IMG/VR virus record: IMGVR_UViG_3300027815_000009
Location: 5,359-69,358 of that record
DNA length: 64,000 nt
Source: a virus
Lineage: Duplodnaviria; Caudoviricetes
Strand: one strand, 5' to 3'
Shown here: positions 37,227-46,224 of the stretch, piece after piece
Numbering within the stretch: position 1 is the stretch's first letter
Layout: each line of letters begins with the position of its first letter
Notes under the pieces: model-generated
Seen by the model: the letters and a program-made list of their open reading frames with translations, nothing else
Told to the model about the DNA's origin: nothing
The model's database searches: none
Made by a program: the position numbers and the translations under genes

Positions 37227-37582
37227 GCGCCGACGCGCGCTGGAGTCCGTTGGCTTCATCGATGAGCGACGAAGCTACAAAGCATATGGCTGGTGGCAGC
37301 AATCGCCAGAATGCCAGAAAATGGTTTAAGGCTGGATTTCTTGCCGCGTTCAAACTACGCGACGCCAAAGACGACATCGTCCTCACCCTCGAACTGACGC
37401 GCGGCGAACAAGCAACGCTCGCGCGGGCGCTTCAGGTCTACGCCGCGAAGTACCAAGAGCTGGTGGGCCGCGAACATGACCGAGGCTTCAAGCAAGACCT
37501 CCAGAACTACATCGCGCGCGCAGACGAACTGCTCCGTCGCGTGAGGCCGGAACTCCAGCACGGGCCGAAGGAACCCGCATGA
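37223..37582 (+). CDS. Hypothetical protein
   Basis: ATGA-coupled. Confidence 0.45.
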   Translation: MSADARWSPLASSMSDEATKHMAGGSNRQNARKWFKAGFLAAFKLRDAKDDIVLTLELTRGEQATLARALQVYAAKYQELVGREHDRGFKQDLQNYIARADELLRRVRPELQHGPKEPA

Positions 37583-37815
37583 TAGACGGCACGCCATTGC
37601 CAGATTCTCGGGACGTGTGCCTCTACCTGACGCGCCGGCAGGCGCACATGGTTGAGGCGCTGTTCCGCAGGCACCGGCGGCGCCTGGAGCGTTCCATGGC
37701 GAAGGGCGATTTCGTTCCGCCGCCGGGCCGCTTCGACGCGAACAAGAGCGGCATGACAATCATGGACGACCTGATCGCGCAGATCCGCCGTCAGGCGCGC
37801 AAGGAGGAAAGATGA
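37579..37815 (+). CDS. Hypothetical protein
   Basis: ATGA-coupled. Confidence 0.45.
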   Translation: MIDGTPLPDSRDVCLYLTRRQAHMVEALFRRHRRRLERSMAKGDFVPPPGRFDANKSGMTIMDDLIAQIRRQARKEER

Positions 37816-38063
37816 TCCGATCCGACTACACCGTGGTCCGCGTGGACCCGAAGCAGAAGATCGTCTGGCTGGTCGACAACGACAGCGAGGGGTGCAAGTC
37901 CGTCACCAACGACGCGGAGCGCGTCTGCGCCGAAATCGAGAAGCTCCACACGGGCCACAGGATCATCTACCGGGATTCTGACGGGAACTGGGATGAGCTG
38001 GTTCACCTCGGAGGCCATTTCAACCACTACGCGCCAGCGCGAAACATGGGGATTCCGGCATGA
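37812..38063 (+). CDS. Hypothetical protein
   Basis: SVTNDAE.V...RIIYRDSDGNWDEL conserved-looking motif. Confidence 0.55.
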   Translation: MIRSDYTVVRVDPKQKIVWLVDNDSEGCKSVTNDAERVCAEIEKLHTGHRIIYRDSDGNWDELVHLGGHFNHYAPARNMGIPA

Positions 38064-39253
38064 ACGACACCGTCAGCTTCCAATCGAAAGGCCTCATCGA
38101 CCCGCGCTGCATCACCACGATGGGCATCTCCGTGAAGGAAAGTTCTAGCCCAATCGGGCAGTTCGGCACGGGTCTGAAGTATGCCATCGCGATCGTCCTC
38201 CGGGAGGGCGGCGCCGTCTCGATCTGGCGCGGTCTCGAGGAATTGAAGTTCGAGCGGCGCGAGGTCAGCGTGCGCGGGAAGGCAGTCGAACTGGTCTGCA
38301 TGAACGGCCAGGAGCTCGCCTTCACGACGCACCTTGGTTCGCACTGGAAGATGTGGCAGGCTTTCCGGGAGATCTACTGCAACACGCTCGACGAGGGCGG
38401 CGAACACGCGCCGGGCGAGTATCAGCCGATCGAAGGCGCGACCACGGTCATCGTGCGGCTGGCGTCCTTCGCCGAATGCGCGCGCCAGATCGGCGACCTC
38501 GTGCTGAGCGGCAAGCCGATCTATTCCTGCGAGGAAGCGGAGTTCCATCCGGGTCCTTCGCGCACGGTCTACTACCGCGGCATCAAGGTCGGTGAATGGA
38601 TGTCAGACCTGCCACACCGCTTCGCCGTGAACGTCAAGTCGCAATTGACCCTGACCGAAGACCGCACCATCAAGGCTTGGAGCGACGTGGCCAGCGCGGT
38701 GGCGCGCTCTGTGGTGCGCAGCCGGGACCGCGACTTCATCAAGAAATTCATCGGCGCCGGTGATAGATTTGCCGAGCACACGGTCGATCTGGATTGGTAC
38801 AACGAGCCGACGGAGGAGTTCATGGAGGTTGCTTGCCGGCTCGCCGAACGCAGTGAACAGGTCAATTTTACGGCGATGAAGGTCTACAAGAAGCACGCGC
38901 CGGCGCCACGGCCGCTCGAGGCGGAACTCCTGCCGCACGAACACAAGGCTTTGGCCGACGCCGTGAAGTTCTGCCGGTCCCTCGGCTACACGGTCGACGA
39001 CTACCCGATCATGGTGGTTGACACGCTGGGGCCGAACGTCCTCGCACAGGCAAACCGCGATCTGAAAGAGATCTGGCTCGCGCGCGACGCCTTCAAGACG
39101 AGCGAACGGGGTCTGGCGAGCACGCTCCTGGAGGAATGGGTGCACATCCGGCTCGATCTGGATGACGAATCGCGCCGGCTGCAGACGTGGCTGTTCGACG
39201 AGCTGATGCGCTACGGGCAGGCATATCTCGATCTGAAGGACGGGAAGCAGTGA
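38060..39253 (+). CDS. GHKL (histidine-kinase-like) ATPase domain protein
   Basis: IGQFGTGLKYAIA, REIYCNTLDEGG; C-terminal LLEEWVH. Confidence 0.65.
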   Translation: MNDTVSFQSKGLIDPRCITTMGISVKESSSPIGQFGTGLKYAIAIVLREGGAVSIWRGLEELKFERREVSVRGKAVELVCMNGQELAFTTHLGSHWKMWQAFREIYCNTLDEGGEHAPGEYQPIEGATTVIVRLASFAECARQIGDLVLSGKPIYSCEEAEFHPGPSRTVYYRGIKVGEWMSDLPHRFAVNVKSQLTLTEDRTIKAWSDVASAVARSVVRSRDRDFIKKFIGAGDRFAEHTVDLDWYNEPTEEFMEVACRLAERSEQVNFTAMKVYKKHAPAPRPLEAELLPHEHKALADAVKFCRSLGYTVDDYPIMVVDTLGPNVLAQANRDLKEIWLARDAFKTSERGLASTLLEEWVHIRLDLDDESRRLQTWLFDELMRYGQAYLDLKDGKQ

Positions 39254-39621
39254 ACGAGATCCGGCCGAACAACGCCCGCGTCATCGACGCCGCCTTCCGG
39301 GCGATCCTCGCGCTCGACTGGCCGCGGCTGGAAAGCCTCCGGCGCGCGTACCCGCACCTTCTTTTCGACTATGCCGCTCCCCTGGTAGTCTCGGAGCGCT
39401 GGTCATTCAAAGGCGCGCCAGGAGTCTTGACGTGGAACAGTGAGGGTTCGGCTTTCGTCGTCGAGGCCGGCGGGGAGCAGGTTGCGCGCTGGATCGGATT
39501 CGACATCGCCGTGAAGGAAGATTTTGGGCCGGTTACGTGGCTCGGGACGTGCCGGCTTCCTAGCGGTAGTTGGGCCGCGCAGTTCCTCGTCTGGGAGAAC
39601 GAAGATGCGATCGCTGCCTAA
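39250..39621 (+). CDS. Hypothetical protein
   Basis: GTGA-coupled. Confidence 0.4.
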   Translation: MNEIRPNNARVIDAAFRAILALDWPRLESLRRAYPHLLFDYAAPLVVSERWSFKGAPGVLTWNSEGSAFVVEAGGEQVARWIGFDIAVKEDFGPVTWLGTCRLPSGSWAAQFLVWENEDAIAA

Positions 39622-39807
39622 TGACCTGAAGAACTACCGCGCGCCGCGTAGCCCGTGGCCGTGGATCCTGGGCGCCGCGCTCGTGGTTGCCGTCCCGACC
39701 TTCGTCGGCCCGACCGACTTTGCCGCGGAGCTCGCGGCCGAGGCTGATGCGAAGGTCCTTCGCCCGGTGCTGGCCATCCAGATTACCAAAGATAGAAAGG
39801 TTCAGCG

Positions 39808-40956
39808 ATGACCGAACAGCTAGACGTTTCGCAGTCGATCCCGGAAGACGCCATGGAGACAACGATGGCGGCTCAGCCAAAACCGCCCTCCCCGGCGGAG
39901 ATCCCGATCAAGCACGATCGGGTCGTGGACACCACGCCGGGCGACATCGCAGCCGCCGTGGCGGCTGGCGAATGGGTTCCGACGCTGATCAAAGACGAGG
40001 AGTACGACCGCGCGCGGTGGATCGGGTCATCGAACGCCGCGGCCCTGATGGGCGTTTCCCCGGAATTCGACGGCGAGCGGGAGACGCCGCTCACGGTCTG
40101 GCGGAGGAAGGTCGGATTCGAAGCCGATGAGCTCAGCTCGGACAAGAAACTCTTCCTCGAGCGCCGCAAGCGCTGGGAGCCGGTCGTGGTCCAGATGCTC
40201 CGCGAGGAGATGGACGCGGAGATCGTTTCCGTCAACCTCCGGTACCAGGACCCACACCTGCCGTTCCTCGCGGCCGAAATCGACTTCGAATGGAAAGACC
40301 CGGAGACTGGGTTCATAGAAGGCGGCGAGATCAAGACGGTCTCCCCGTTCGCGTTCAAGGATAAGTTCGGGTGGGGTGAACCGGGGACCGTGGACGTGCC
40401 GATCCACTACTTCTTCCAGATGATGCACGGCATGATGGTGAAAGGGTTCAGGAAGTCCGTTCTGGCCGCGATGGTCGGAATAGATTCGATGCACTTCTAC
40501 CCGATCGCGCGCAACGAGGAGATGATCGCCGACATGCGCCGGGCGTACCTCCGTTTCTGGAATGACAACGTGTGCGCCGGCGTTGCCCCGGACCCGATGT
40601 CGATGGGCGACCTGCGGGCGATGTTCAAATCCTCCACCCCCGGGCTTACCGTTGCCGGGGACAGCATCGTCGGGTCGAAAGCCCTGAAGCTGCGGGCGCT
40701 TCACAGTCAGATCGACGCCCTTCAGATGGAGGGTCTGTCGCTCGAGTTTGACATAAAGCTGGCGATGAAGGATGCCGAGAAGCTGACCGTGGACGGGCGC
40801 GACGTGTTCTCGTGGAAGGAACAGAACGCCGGATCGCGCCTCGACGTGACGGCGCTCAAGGCTTCGAAGGACAAGATCGAGAAGGCGATTTACCTGAAAT
40901 ACCTCAAGGACTACGGCAGGCGCCGGGTCTTCAAGGCGATGTACGGCGGCACCTGA
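39808..40956 (+). CDS. YqaJ-like viral recombination exonuclease
   Basis: IGSSNAAALMG, TPLTVWRRK, FLAAEID, GEIKT, YFFQMMHGM. Confidence 0.85.
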   Translation: MTEQLDVSQSIPEDAMETTMAAQPKPPSPAEIPIKHDRVVDTTPGDIAAAVAAGEWVPTLIKDEEYDRARWIGSSNAAALMGVSPEFDGERETPLTVWRRKVGFEADELSSDKKLFLERRKRWEPVVVQMLREEMDAEIVSVNLRYQDPHLPFLAAEIDFEWKDPETGFIEGGEIKTVSPFAFKDKFGWGEPGTVDVPIHYFFQMMHGMMVKGFRKSVLAAMVGIDSMHFYPIARNEEMIADMRRAYLRFWNDNVCAGVAPDPMSMGDLRAMFKSSTPGLTVAGDSIVGSKALKLRALHSQIDALQMEGLSLEFDIKLAMKDAEKLTVDGRDVFSWKEQNAGSRLDVTALKASKDKIEKAIYLKYLKDYGRRRVFKAMYGGT

Positions 40957-40985
40957 TTTTTCAACCATCGAGAGGAACACCTGAC

Positions 40986-42143
40986 ATGAACGAACCGACG
41001 AAAACGGCCCTCGCAAAGGCCGACAACCCATTCGGGAGCGGCAAACTGGCGGCGCAGGCGGTGAGCGCGGCAGCGGACGCCGCGGCGGCGCGCGAGGTCG
41101 CGGAAATCCAGGGTGCGATGCTGATCGCGCGCCGGTTCCCGAGGGACCAAAAAGCGGCGATGGACCGGATCATCGACGCCTGCACGCGGAAGTCCCTCGC
41201 GGAGGAAGCGACGTTCCAGTATGCCCGGGGAGGCATGGACATCGCGGCGCCGTCGATCCGCCTCGCGGAGGCGATCGCTCAGAACTGGGGGAACCTCGAA
41301 TGCGGCGTCAAGGAGCTCAGCCGCGTCGGGCAGTACTCCGAGGTGATGGCATACGCGGTCGACCTCGAGACCGGGTTCCGGGACTCGAAGGTCTTCCAGG
41401 TGAAGCACTGGCGCGACACGCGGCAGGGCGGCTACGCGATCACGGACGAGCGCGACATCTACGAGCTGATCGCCAACATGGCGGCCCGCCGGAAGCGCGC
41501 GTGCATCCTCACGGTGATCCCGGGAGACGTCGTCGACGCCGCGATGAACCAGATCGAGGTCACGATGAAGGCCGACATCGAGATCACGGACGACACCATC
41601 AGCAAGATGCTCGATGCCATGGCGAAGTTCGGCGTCACGAAGGAGATGATCGAGAAGAGGATTCAGCGCCGACTCGACGTCGAGACCCTCTCCCCGGCGC
41701 TCTACCTGAACCTGAAGCGAATATACCAATCGATGAAGGACGGGATGAGCGGTCCGGAGGAGTGGTTCGAGATGACCGCCGGAGCCGAGCCTGCGGCGGA
41801 CGAGAACACGACGGCAGGCCGGGCGCGCGCCGCCGCGGCCAGGGCCGCGCAGGCAGGGAACGCGGGTGAGAAGAAGGACGGTGAGAAGAAGCCCGACGCC
41901 GCCCAGGCGAAGCCCGCAGAACCGGCGAAGGCGTCCGAACCGCCAGAAGTGGAAGCCAAGAGCGGCCCGCAGCCCGGGACTCCGGAGAAGCGCGACGAGA
42001 TCATGGCGCGGCTCCGGAAGACGAAGACGATCGACGAAACGGCCGAGGAAGCGGACAAGGCGAACCTGTACACCTGGACGAAGGCGGACCTCGGAGCGAT
42101 CAACGCCGTCTACCACGAGCAGATCGCGAAGCTGAGCGGCTGA
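40986..42143 (+). CDS. Putative single-strand annealing/recombination partner protein
   Basis: Follows YqaJ; ARRFPRD, PSIRLAEAIAQNWGNL, DLETG, ARRKRACI motifs. Confidence 0.55.
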   Translation: MNEPTKTALAKADNPFGSGKLAAQAVSAAADAAAAREVAEIQGAMLIARRFPRDQKAAMDRIIDACTRKSLAEEATFQYARGGMDIAAPSIRLAEAIAQNWGNLECGVKELSRVGQYSEVMAYAVDLETGFRDSKVFQVKHWRDTRQGGYAITDERDIYELIANMAARRKRACILTVIPGDVVDAAMNQIEVTMKADIEITDDTISKMLDAMAKFGVTKEMIEKRIQRRLDVETLSPALYLNLKRIYQSMKDGMSGPEEWFEMTAGAEPAADENTTAGRARAAAARAAQAGNAGEKKDGEKKPDAAQAKPAEPAKASEPPEVEAKSGPQPGTPEKRDEIMARLRKTKTIDETAEEADKANLYTWTKADLGAINAVYHEQIAKLSG

Positions 42144-42149
42144 ACTCAA

Positions 42150-42566
42150 GTGGCCTGGACCCGCAGGTGGCGCATCGATTCCCGGCGGCGGCTCATCGCC
42201 ATCGCGGGGTTGATCTCGCACACGCTCGTGAGCGAGGGTGCGCCACTCGAGCTGATCCTGCGGACCGAACGGAAGGAGAAATCGCACGAGCAGCGGAAGC
42301 TGTTCCATGCCGTCTGCGCCGACATCGCACCGCATTGGGGTTTAACGCCGGCCGGGGTGAAGTTGAAGGTAAAGGCTGATTTTTACGGCGTAGATATAAA
42401 GTTGGAAGGTGAAACTTATTACGCGGTTGTTCAGAGCAGCGAGGACAGTGATCGCGCAGAATACGCTCGACTTATTGATCACGCATATCAGTTGGCTGCC
42501 GAAAGCGGGCACCATATCCAGGACAGGAGACCTACTTTCATAGATCGAGGCGAGGTTCGGCGATGA
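42150..42566 (+). CDS. NinB/Orf-like recombination accessory protein
   Basis: KSHEQRKLFHA.C.DIA..W, SS......YARLIDH. Confidence 0.6.
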   Translation: MAWTRRWRIDSRRRLIAIAGLISHTLVSEGAPLELILRTERKEKSHEQRKLFHAVCADIAPHWGLTPAGVKLKVKADFYGVDIKLEGETYYAVVQSSEDSDRAEYARLIDHAYQLAAESGHHIQDRRPTFIDRGEVRR

Positions 42567-42638
42567 CGGGCGAGGCGAGGCTAGGCTTAGCCAGGCTAGG
42601 TAAGGCATGGCAAGGCTTGGCACGGCAGGGCATGGCAT
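42549..42638 (+). repeat. GGY-NN pentamer array (18 units), candidate guide ncRNA
   Basis: GGC GA GGT TC GGC GA TGA CG GGC GA GGC GA GGC TA GGC TT AGC CA GGC TA GGT AA GGC AT GGC AA GGC TT GGC AC GGC AG GGC AT GGC AT; 16 of 18 units GGY in unbroken 5-nt phase. Confidence 0.9.
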
Positions 42639-42661
42639 CCGTAGTTTAACTAAGGAAAGAC

Positions 42662-43231
42662 ATGAAAACGATTCAAGTGGAAATTCGAGGTGTCACGGCG
42701 CTTTTAATCCATCGATTTCACGAAGAGGCGGAGGCCTCGAGGAAGACGAGAAGGATCGAGGTAAAGCAGCGCGATCCGCGCGAAGAGGCAACGAAAAACG
42801 CCTACATCGCTAAGGATGGAACATACTACTTCTCCGCGTTCGCAATTCCAAACGCGATGGGTAATGCCGGGTCTAGTCATAAATCAACAGGCAGCAGAAA
42901 AACGTTGCGCTACGTGGTCCCGTCAGCAGTTCGCATGAAAGCCGATACGGTCACGATCTTGAATGGCGACGGGCCGGCCAAGAGTTTCGAAGTCGATTCT
43001 AGGCCGGTAACCATTCCGGCCACTAAGGGCAGGGTGATGCGCCATCGCCCGAGATTCGACCAATGGAGCGCGCGATTCGAAATGACCATTGACGACGATC
43101 TTCTTTCTGTAGAGATGGCGCAAAAACTACTGGAGGAAGCGGGCCACAGCATCGGCATCGGCGACTTCAGGCCAGAGAAGCGGGGGCCGTTCGGTACATT
43201 TCGAGTAACGCAGTTCAAGGATGTAATGTAA
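42662..43231 (+). CDS. Stand-alone RAMP/Cas7-like (RRM-fold) protein
   Basis: N-terminal VEIRGVTALLIH strand, YFSAFAIPNAM, and C-terminal Gly-rich loop LLEEAGHSIGIGDFRPEKRGPFGTF, as in Csm3/Cas7-type RAMPs; TAAGGA SD. Confidence 0.65.
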   Translation: MKTIQVEIRGVTALLIHRFHEEAEASRKTRRIEVKQRDPREEATKNAYIAKDGTYYFSAFAIPNAMGNAGSSHKSTGSRKTLRYVVPSAVRMKADTVTILNGDGPAKSFEVDSRPVTIPATKGRVMRHRPRFDQWSARFEMTIDDDLLSVEMAQKLLEEAGHSIGIGDFRPEKRGPFGTFRVTQFKDVM

Positions 43232-43294
43232 ATAAGGTTTCGACATCCCGGACAGGCGTCCGAGGTGAACTGAATTTTTCAAGGAGAACGTGAA

Positions 43295-43510
43295 ATGGCA
43301 ACCGAACGGAAGATCTACACGGTGACCTACGGCCCCGCGGCGGGCATGCCGGCAAAGGCAACGGCGCTTATCAGCGCGACGAGCGCTGGCCGCGCCGAAA
43401 AACACGTCGCGCGCGACGTTCTCGGCATCAAGGCCGAGTACGCGGAACAGGCGACGATCGTGAAGCTTGTCTCCGAAGGCGTGAAGGTCCAGGAAGCGAA
43501 AGAAGACTGA
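43295..43510 (+). CDS. Small hypothetical protein
   Basis: AAGGAG SD. Confidence 0.55.
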   Translation: MATERKIYTVTYGPAAGMPAKATALISATSAGRAEKHVARDVLGIKAEYAEQATIVKLVSEGVKVQEAKED

Positions 43511-43511
43511 C

Positions 43512-44030
43512 ATGGACCTCAAGTTCACGAACCAGCGGATGCTCCTCGCGAGCGTCAACGCGAGGGCCGAAGTCCACGGCGAAGAACGCGAACCGGCGGG
43601 CGACGTTGGGCTTGACGCGAATCTGCCTAACGACGTCCTGAACGTCTTCCACCCAATGCTCAAGGGGCTGCTCTATCACTTCGACAAAGGGCGCGAGCGC
43701 GACCTCGCCGACCAGGGCCGCGCGCACGAGGCCGGGTTCGCCCCGGACCTGCGCCTCCCGAAGCTCGGCCTTCCGCTGAAGTGGGCAGACGAGATCGTGA
43801 ACGCGAAGGTCGCGATCCGCGTCCCGGGCGAAACCAAGGAGGTCGTTCTCCAGCCAGTGAAGGTGAACGATTTCAAGCTCACGCCGCTCGACGGCGGAAC
43901 GGTGGAGTTCCACATGCGCGTTCAATACCATCCCGAAGAACGCCAAGCGGGGAAATTGGCGATGCTGGTCCAGCAGGAAGTCGAGGTATCGCTCGAGCTG
44001 GTTGAAGAGGCGCAGACGGAAACCACGTGA
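43512..44030 (+). CDS. Conserved phage hypothetical protein
   Basis: VNARAE.HGEE..PAGD, F.LTPLDGGTV, LAMLVQQEVEVSL. Confidence 0.55.
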   Translation: MDLKFTNQRMLLASVNARAEVHGEEREPAGDVGLDANLPNDVLNVFHPMLKGLLYHFDKGRERDLADQGRAHEAGFAPDLRLPKLGLPLKWADEIVNAKVAIRVPGETKEVVLQPVKVNDFKLTPLDGGTVEFHMRVQYHPEERQAGKLAMLVQQEVEVSLELVEEAQTETT

Positions 44031-44335
44031 GCAAAGTCACAAAAAGTGCGCGCGGCGAGCAGTGCCAGATAAGGATTCCGCACGTCTGCAGGGCGCCGGT
44101 CACGGAAACGGTCGTCTGGTGCCACGCGAACGGTTCGGCCGCCGGCAAGGGGATCGGGATGAAGTCCATGGACCTCCTCGGCGCCTATGGCTGCCAGGGG
44201 TGTCACGACGTCTACGATCGCCGAGTAAACCTCCCGCCTGGGATGTGCCGCGAGGACGTCGAACTGGCGTTTTGGGAGGGGCACGCGCGGAGCCTCGTGA
44301 TGCTGGTGAAAAAAGGTCTGGTGAAGAATGGGTGA
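44027..44335 (+). CDS. DUF1364-family putative nuclease
   Basis: SARGEQCQIRIP.VC...ETVV.CH...GKG.GMK..DL.GAYGC..CHD..D.R. Confidence 0.8.
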   Translation: MSKVTKSARGEQCQIRIPHVCRAPVTETVVWCHANGSAAGKGIGMKSMDLLGAYGCQGCHDVYDRRVNLPPGMCREDVELAFWEGHARSLVMLVKKGLVKNG

Positions 44336-44500
44336 AAAGACCGGCATCGCATGGACGACTTCGAGCTGGAACTCGTGGATCGGCTGCACCGAGATCTCTG
44401 GGACTCCATCAACGCCAAGCGCGCGCCGTGGTCCTCGAATCCTTGGGTGTGGGTGATCGAGTTCCGAATGGGATTAAAATTGCCGCAGGAGGCGACATGA
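44328..44500 (+). pseudogene. Out-of-frame fusion remnant: DUF5131/gp37gp68-like N-terminus joined to an ASCH-like C-terminus
   Basis: MGEKTGIAWTTSSWNSWIGCTEIS, then in another frame LWDSINAKRAPWSSNPWVWVIEF; junction at GATCTC. Confidence 0.55.
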
Positions 44501-44802
44501 ACGGCCTGACGACCACTTTCTTCCTCATCGCGGCGCTTTGCCTCCTGCCAGCCTGGTTCGTCGGCCTGGCGGCCTTCGGTGCCGCGGTCGGACTGCTCGT
44601 TTACAACGGCTTGTCCAAGAACCGCCTGCGGCGGACGGCCGAGGATGATCATGAAGAGAAACTGCGCCGCTTCGCCGCGGAATGGGCCGAAGCCGAGCGC
44701 GCTGCTGAACTCAAACGCCATCACCAGGCGATCGAACGGCCGGCCGATCATCTCAAGAAACCGAACAACTTGAAAATCGTTTATCTCAAGGACCGCCGAT
44801 GA
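44497..44802 (+). CDS. Membrane hypothetical protein
   Basis: AGGAGG SD, N-terminal TM. Confidence 0.5.
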   Translation: MNGLTTTFFLIAALCLLPAWFVGLAAFGAAVGLLVYNGLSKNRLRRTAEDDHEEKLRRFAAEWAEAERAAELKRHHQAIERPADHLKKPNNLKIVYLKDRR

Positions 44803-45080
44803 TGATCGAGCCGACGTTCATGCCGCCCGCCGAAGTCCTGCGCTGGATCTCAGACGCCGCGGAGTTGATCGTCAACTTCCGCGCGTTCGTCGTTCTGATT
44901 ACCTGCATCGCGTGGTTTATGGCCGGCGCGATGGTGCGCGAAATACCTCAGCCGAAGTACGAGACGTTCTACGAAAGCGCGGCGAGGCGGATTCATAACA
45001 GGCACAGATGGCGCGCGTTCGTGCCAGCGCTGCTGATCGGACTCGCAGGCGCCGCGTTGCTGATCAGAGGGCCGATATGA
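44799..45080 (+). CDS. Membrane hypothetical protein
   Basis: Two TM segments. Confidence 0.45.
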   Translation: MMIEPTFMPPAEVLRWISDAAELIVNFRAFVVLITCIAWFMAGAMVREIPQPKYETFYESAARRIHNRHRWRAFVPALLIGLAGAALLIRGPI

Positions 45081-45518
45081 AAAGAGCGACGAGCACGGAC
45101 ACTACGAAGGCGTTTGACAAGTGGCTGGACGAAAACGCGCAGCACTTGCCGCTATCATCGTGGGGGCCAACCCATACGCAGATTGCTTGCGCTTTCGCTG
45201 ATTACCTGGTCGAGCAGGAATCGGTCGGCGCAGTACGGCGCGTTCTGGACCAAGCGCTGAATAGCGGCGACGGGAGTTATCGGCCATGAGCGTTGCCAAC
45301 AGCCACCACCGCGCAGTAAAGAAACTGACGCCGAGACAGCGCGTGCTGAAGAAATATCCAAGAGCCACCGTCTATGTGATGGGCGACCCGTTGCAATTCA
45401 CGATATACGGCAGCGACGGGAGGTCTCGGCGCGGCGCGCACTGGCTGTCGAACAAACAGCTATGCCCGTGGATGCCGACTAAGGCCGAGGCTTGGATCGA
45501 AGCCGCCAAGGAGATCAA

Positions 45519-46224
45519 ATGACCGAGCGCAGAGATGCCCCAGAGTGCAAAATCGTCTACCGCGACGAACGCTGGTGGTTTATCCGGCCGAACGGCCAAT
45601 GGGTCGGCCCGTATCGAACGCACTCTGAAGCCGAGCGGAAGGCAGCCCCATGAAAATCCCTACGGATGCTCCGAAGAAGATTTTCCTCCAGCACGATCCG
45701 GAGAAAACAGGCGAGCCCTTTGACGAGGCTGCGGAAGTGACGGGGTGCAGGGACCGCATCAACGAAACGGACATTGCGTATGTGAGATCTGACGTGAGAT
45801 CTGCCGCCTCCCGCAACGCGGTGCTAGAAGATGTGATCGAAGCATTAGAGGCGCGTGCTAAAGATCTGGACGCACTAGCAAGAAGAGGCGATGAAGGGGC
45901 AGCATACGAGGTTGATTGGACGCGCTCCCTGTATCCGCTGATTCGCGCCCTGCTCGCCAAACTCGGGGAGGACAAATGACCGCCGACGGCAACTGCCAGA
46001 TCGTCTATCGCGATGACCGCTGGTGGTTTATCCGGCCTTGCGGTCAATGGGTTGGACCGTATCGGACGCGCCATGACGCAGAAAGGAAGGCGGCACCATG
46101 AAAATCCCTACGGATGCTCCGAAGAAGATTTTCCTCCAGCACGATCCGGAGAAAACAGGCGAGCCCTTTGACGAGGCTGCGGAAGTGACGTGGTGCAGGG
46201 ACCGCATCAACGATACGGACATTG
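45519..46224 (+). repeat. Tandem duplication of a two-gene module
   Basis: 45650-45776 vs 46098-46224 nearly identical (2 mismatches seen); upstream small genes 45519-45653 and 45976-46101 are diverged paralogues (C.IVYRD.RWWFIRP.GQWVGPYRT...AERKAAP). Confidence 0.9.
45650..45979 (+). CDS. Hypothetical protein (copy 1 N-terminus MKIPTDAPKK)
   Basis: ORF track. Confidence 0.55.
   Translation: MKIPTDAPKKIFLQHDPEKTGEPFDEAAEVTGCRDRINETDIAYVRSDVRSAASRNAVLEDVIEALEARAKDLDALARRGDEGAAYEVDWTRSLYPLIRALLAKLGEDK

Noticed and set aside
42549-42638. GGYNN array as a CRISPR array or simple microsatellite
   Set aside because: Units are only 5 nt with no 25-40 nt repeat/spacer structure; the variation is confined to two fixed positions, unlike slippage decay
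42342-42638. Minus-strand ORF MPCPAVPSLAMPYLAWLSLASP...
   Set aside because: Stop-free shadow of the pentamer repeat, antisense to the operon, no SD
44002-44802. 266-aa ORF from the track
   Set aside because: Chimera of unrelated frames; real genes are 44027-44335, the 44328-44500 remnant and 44497-44802
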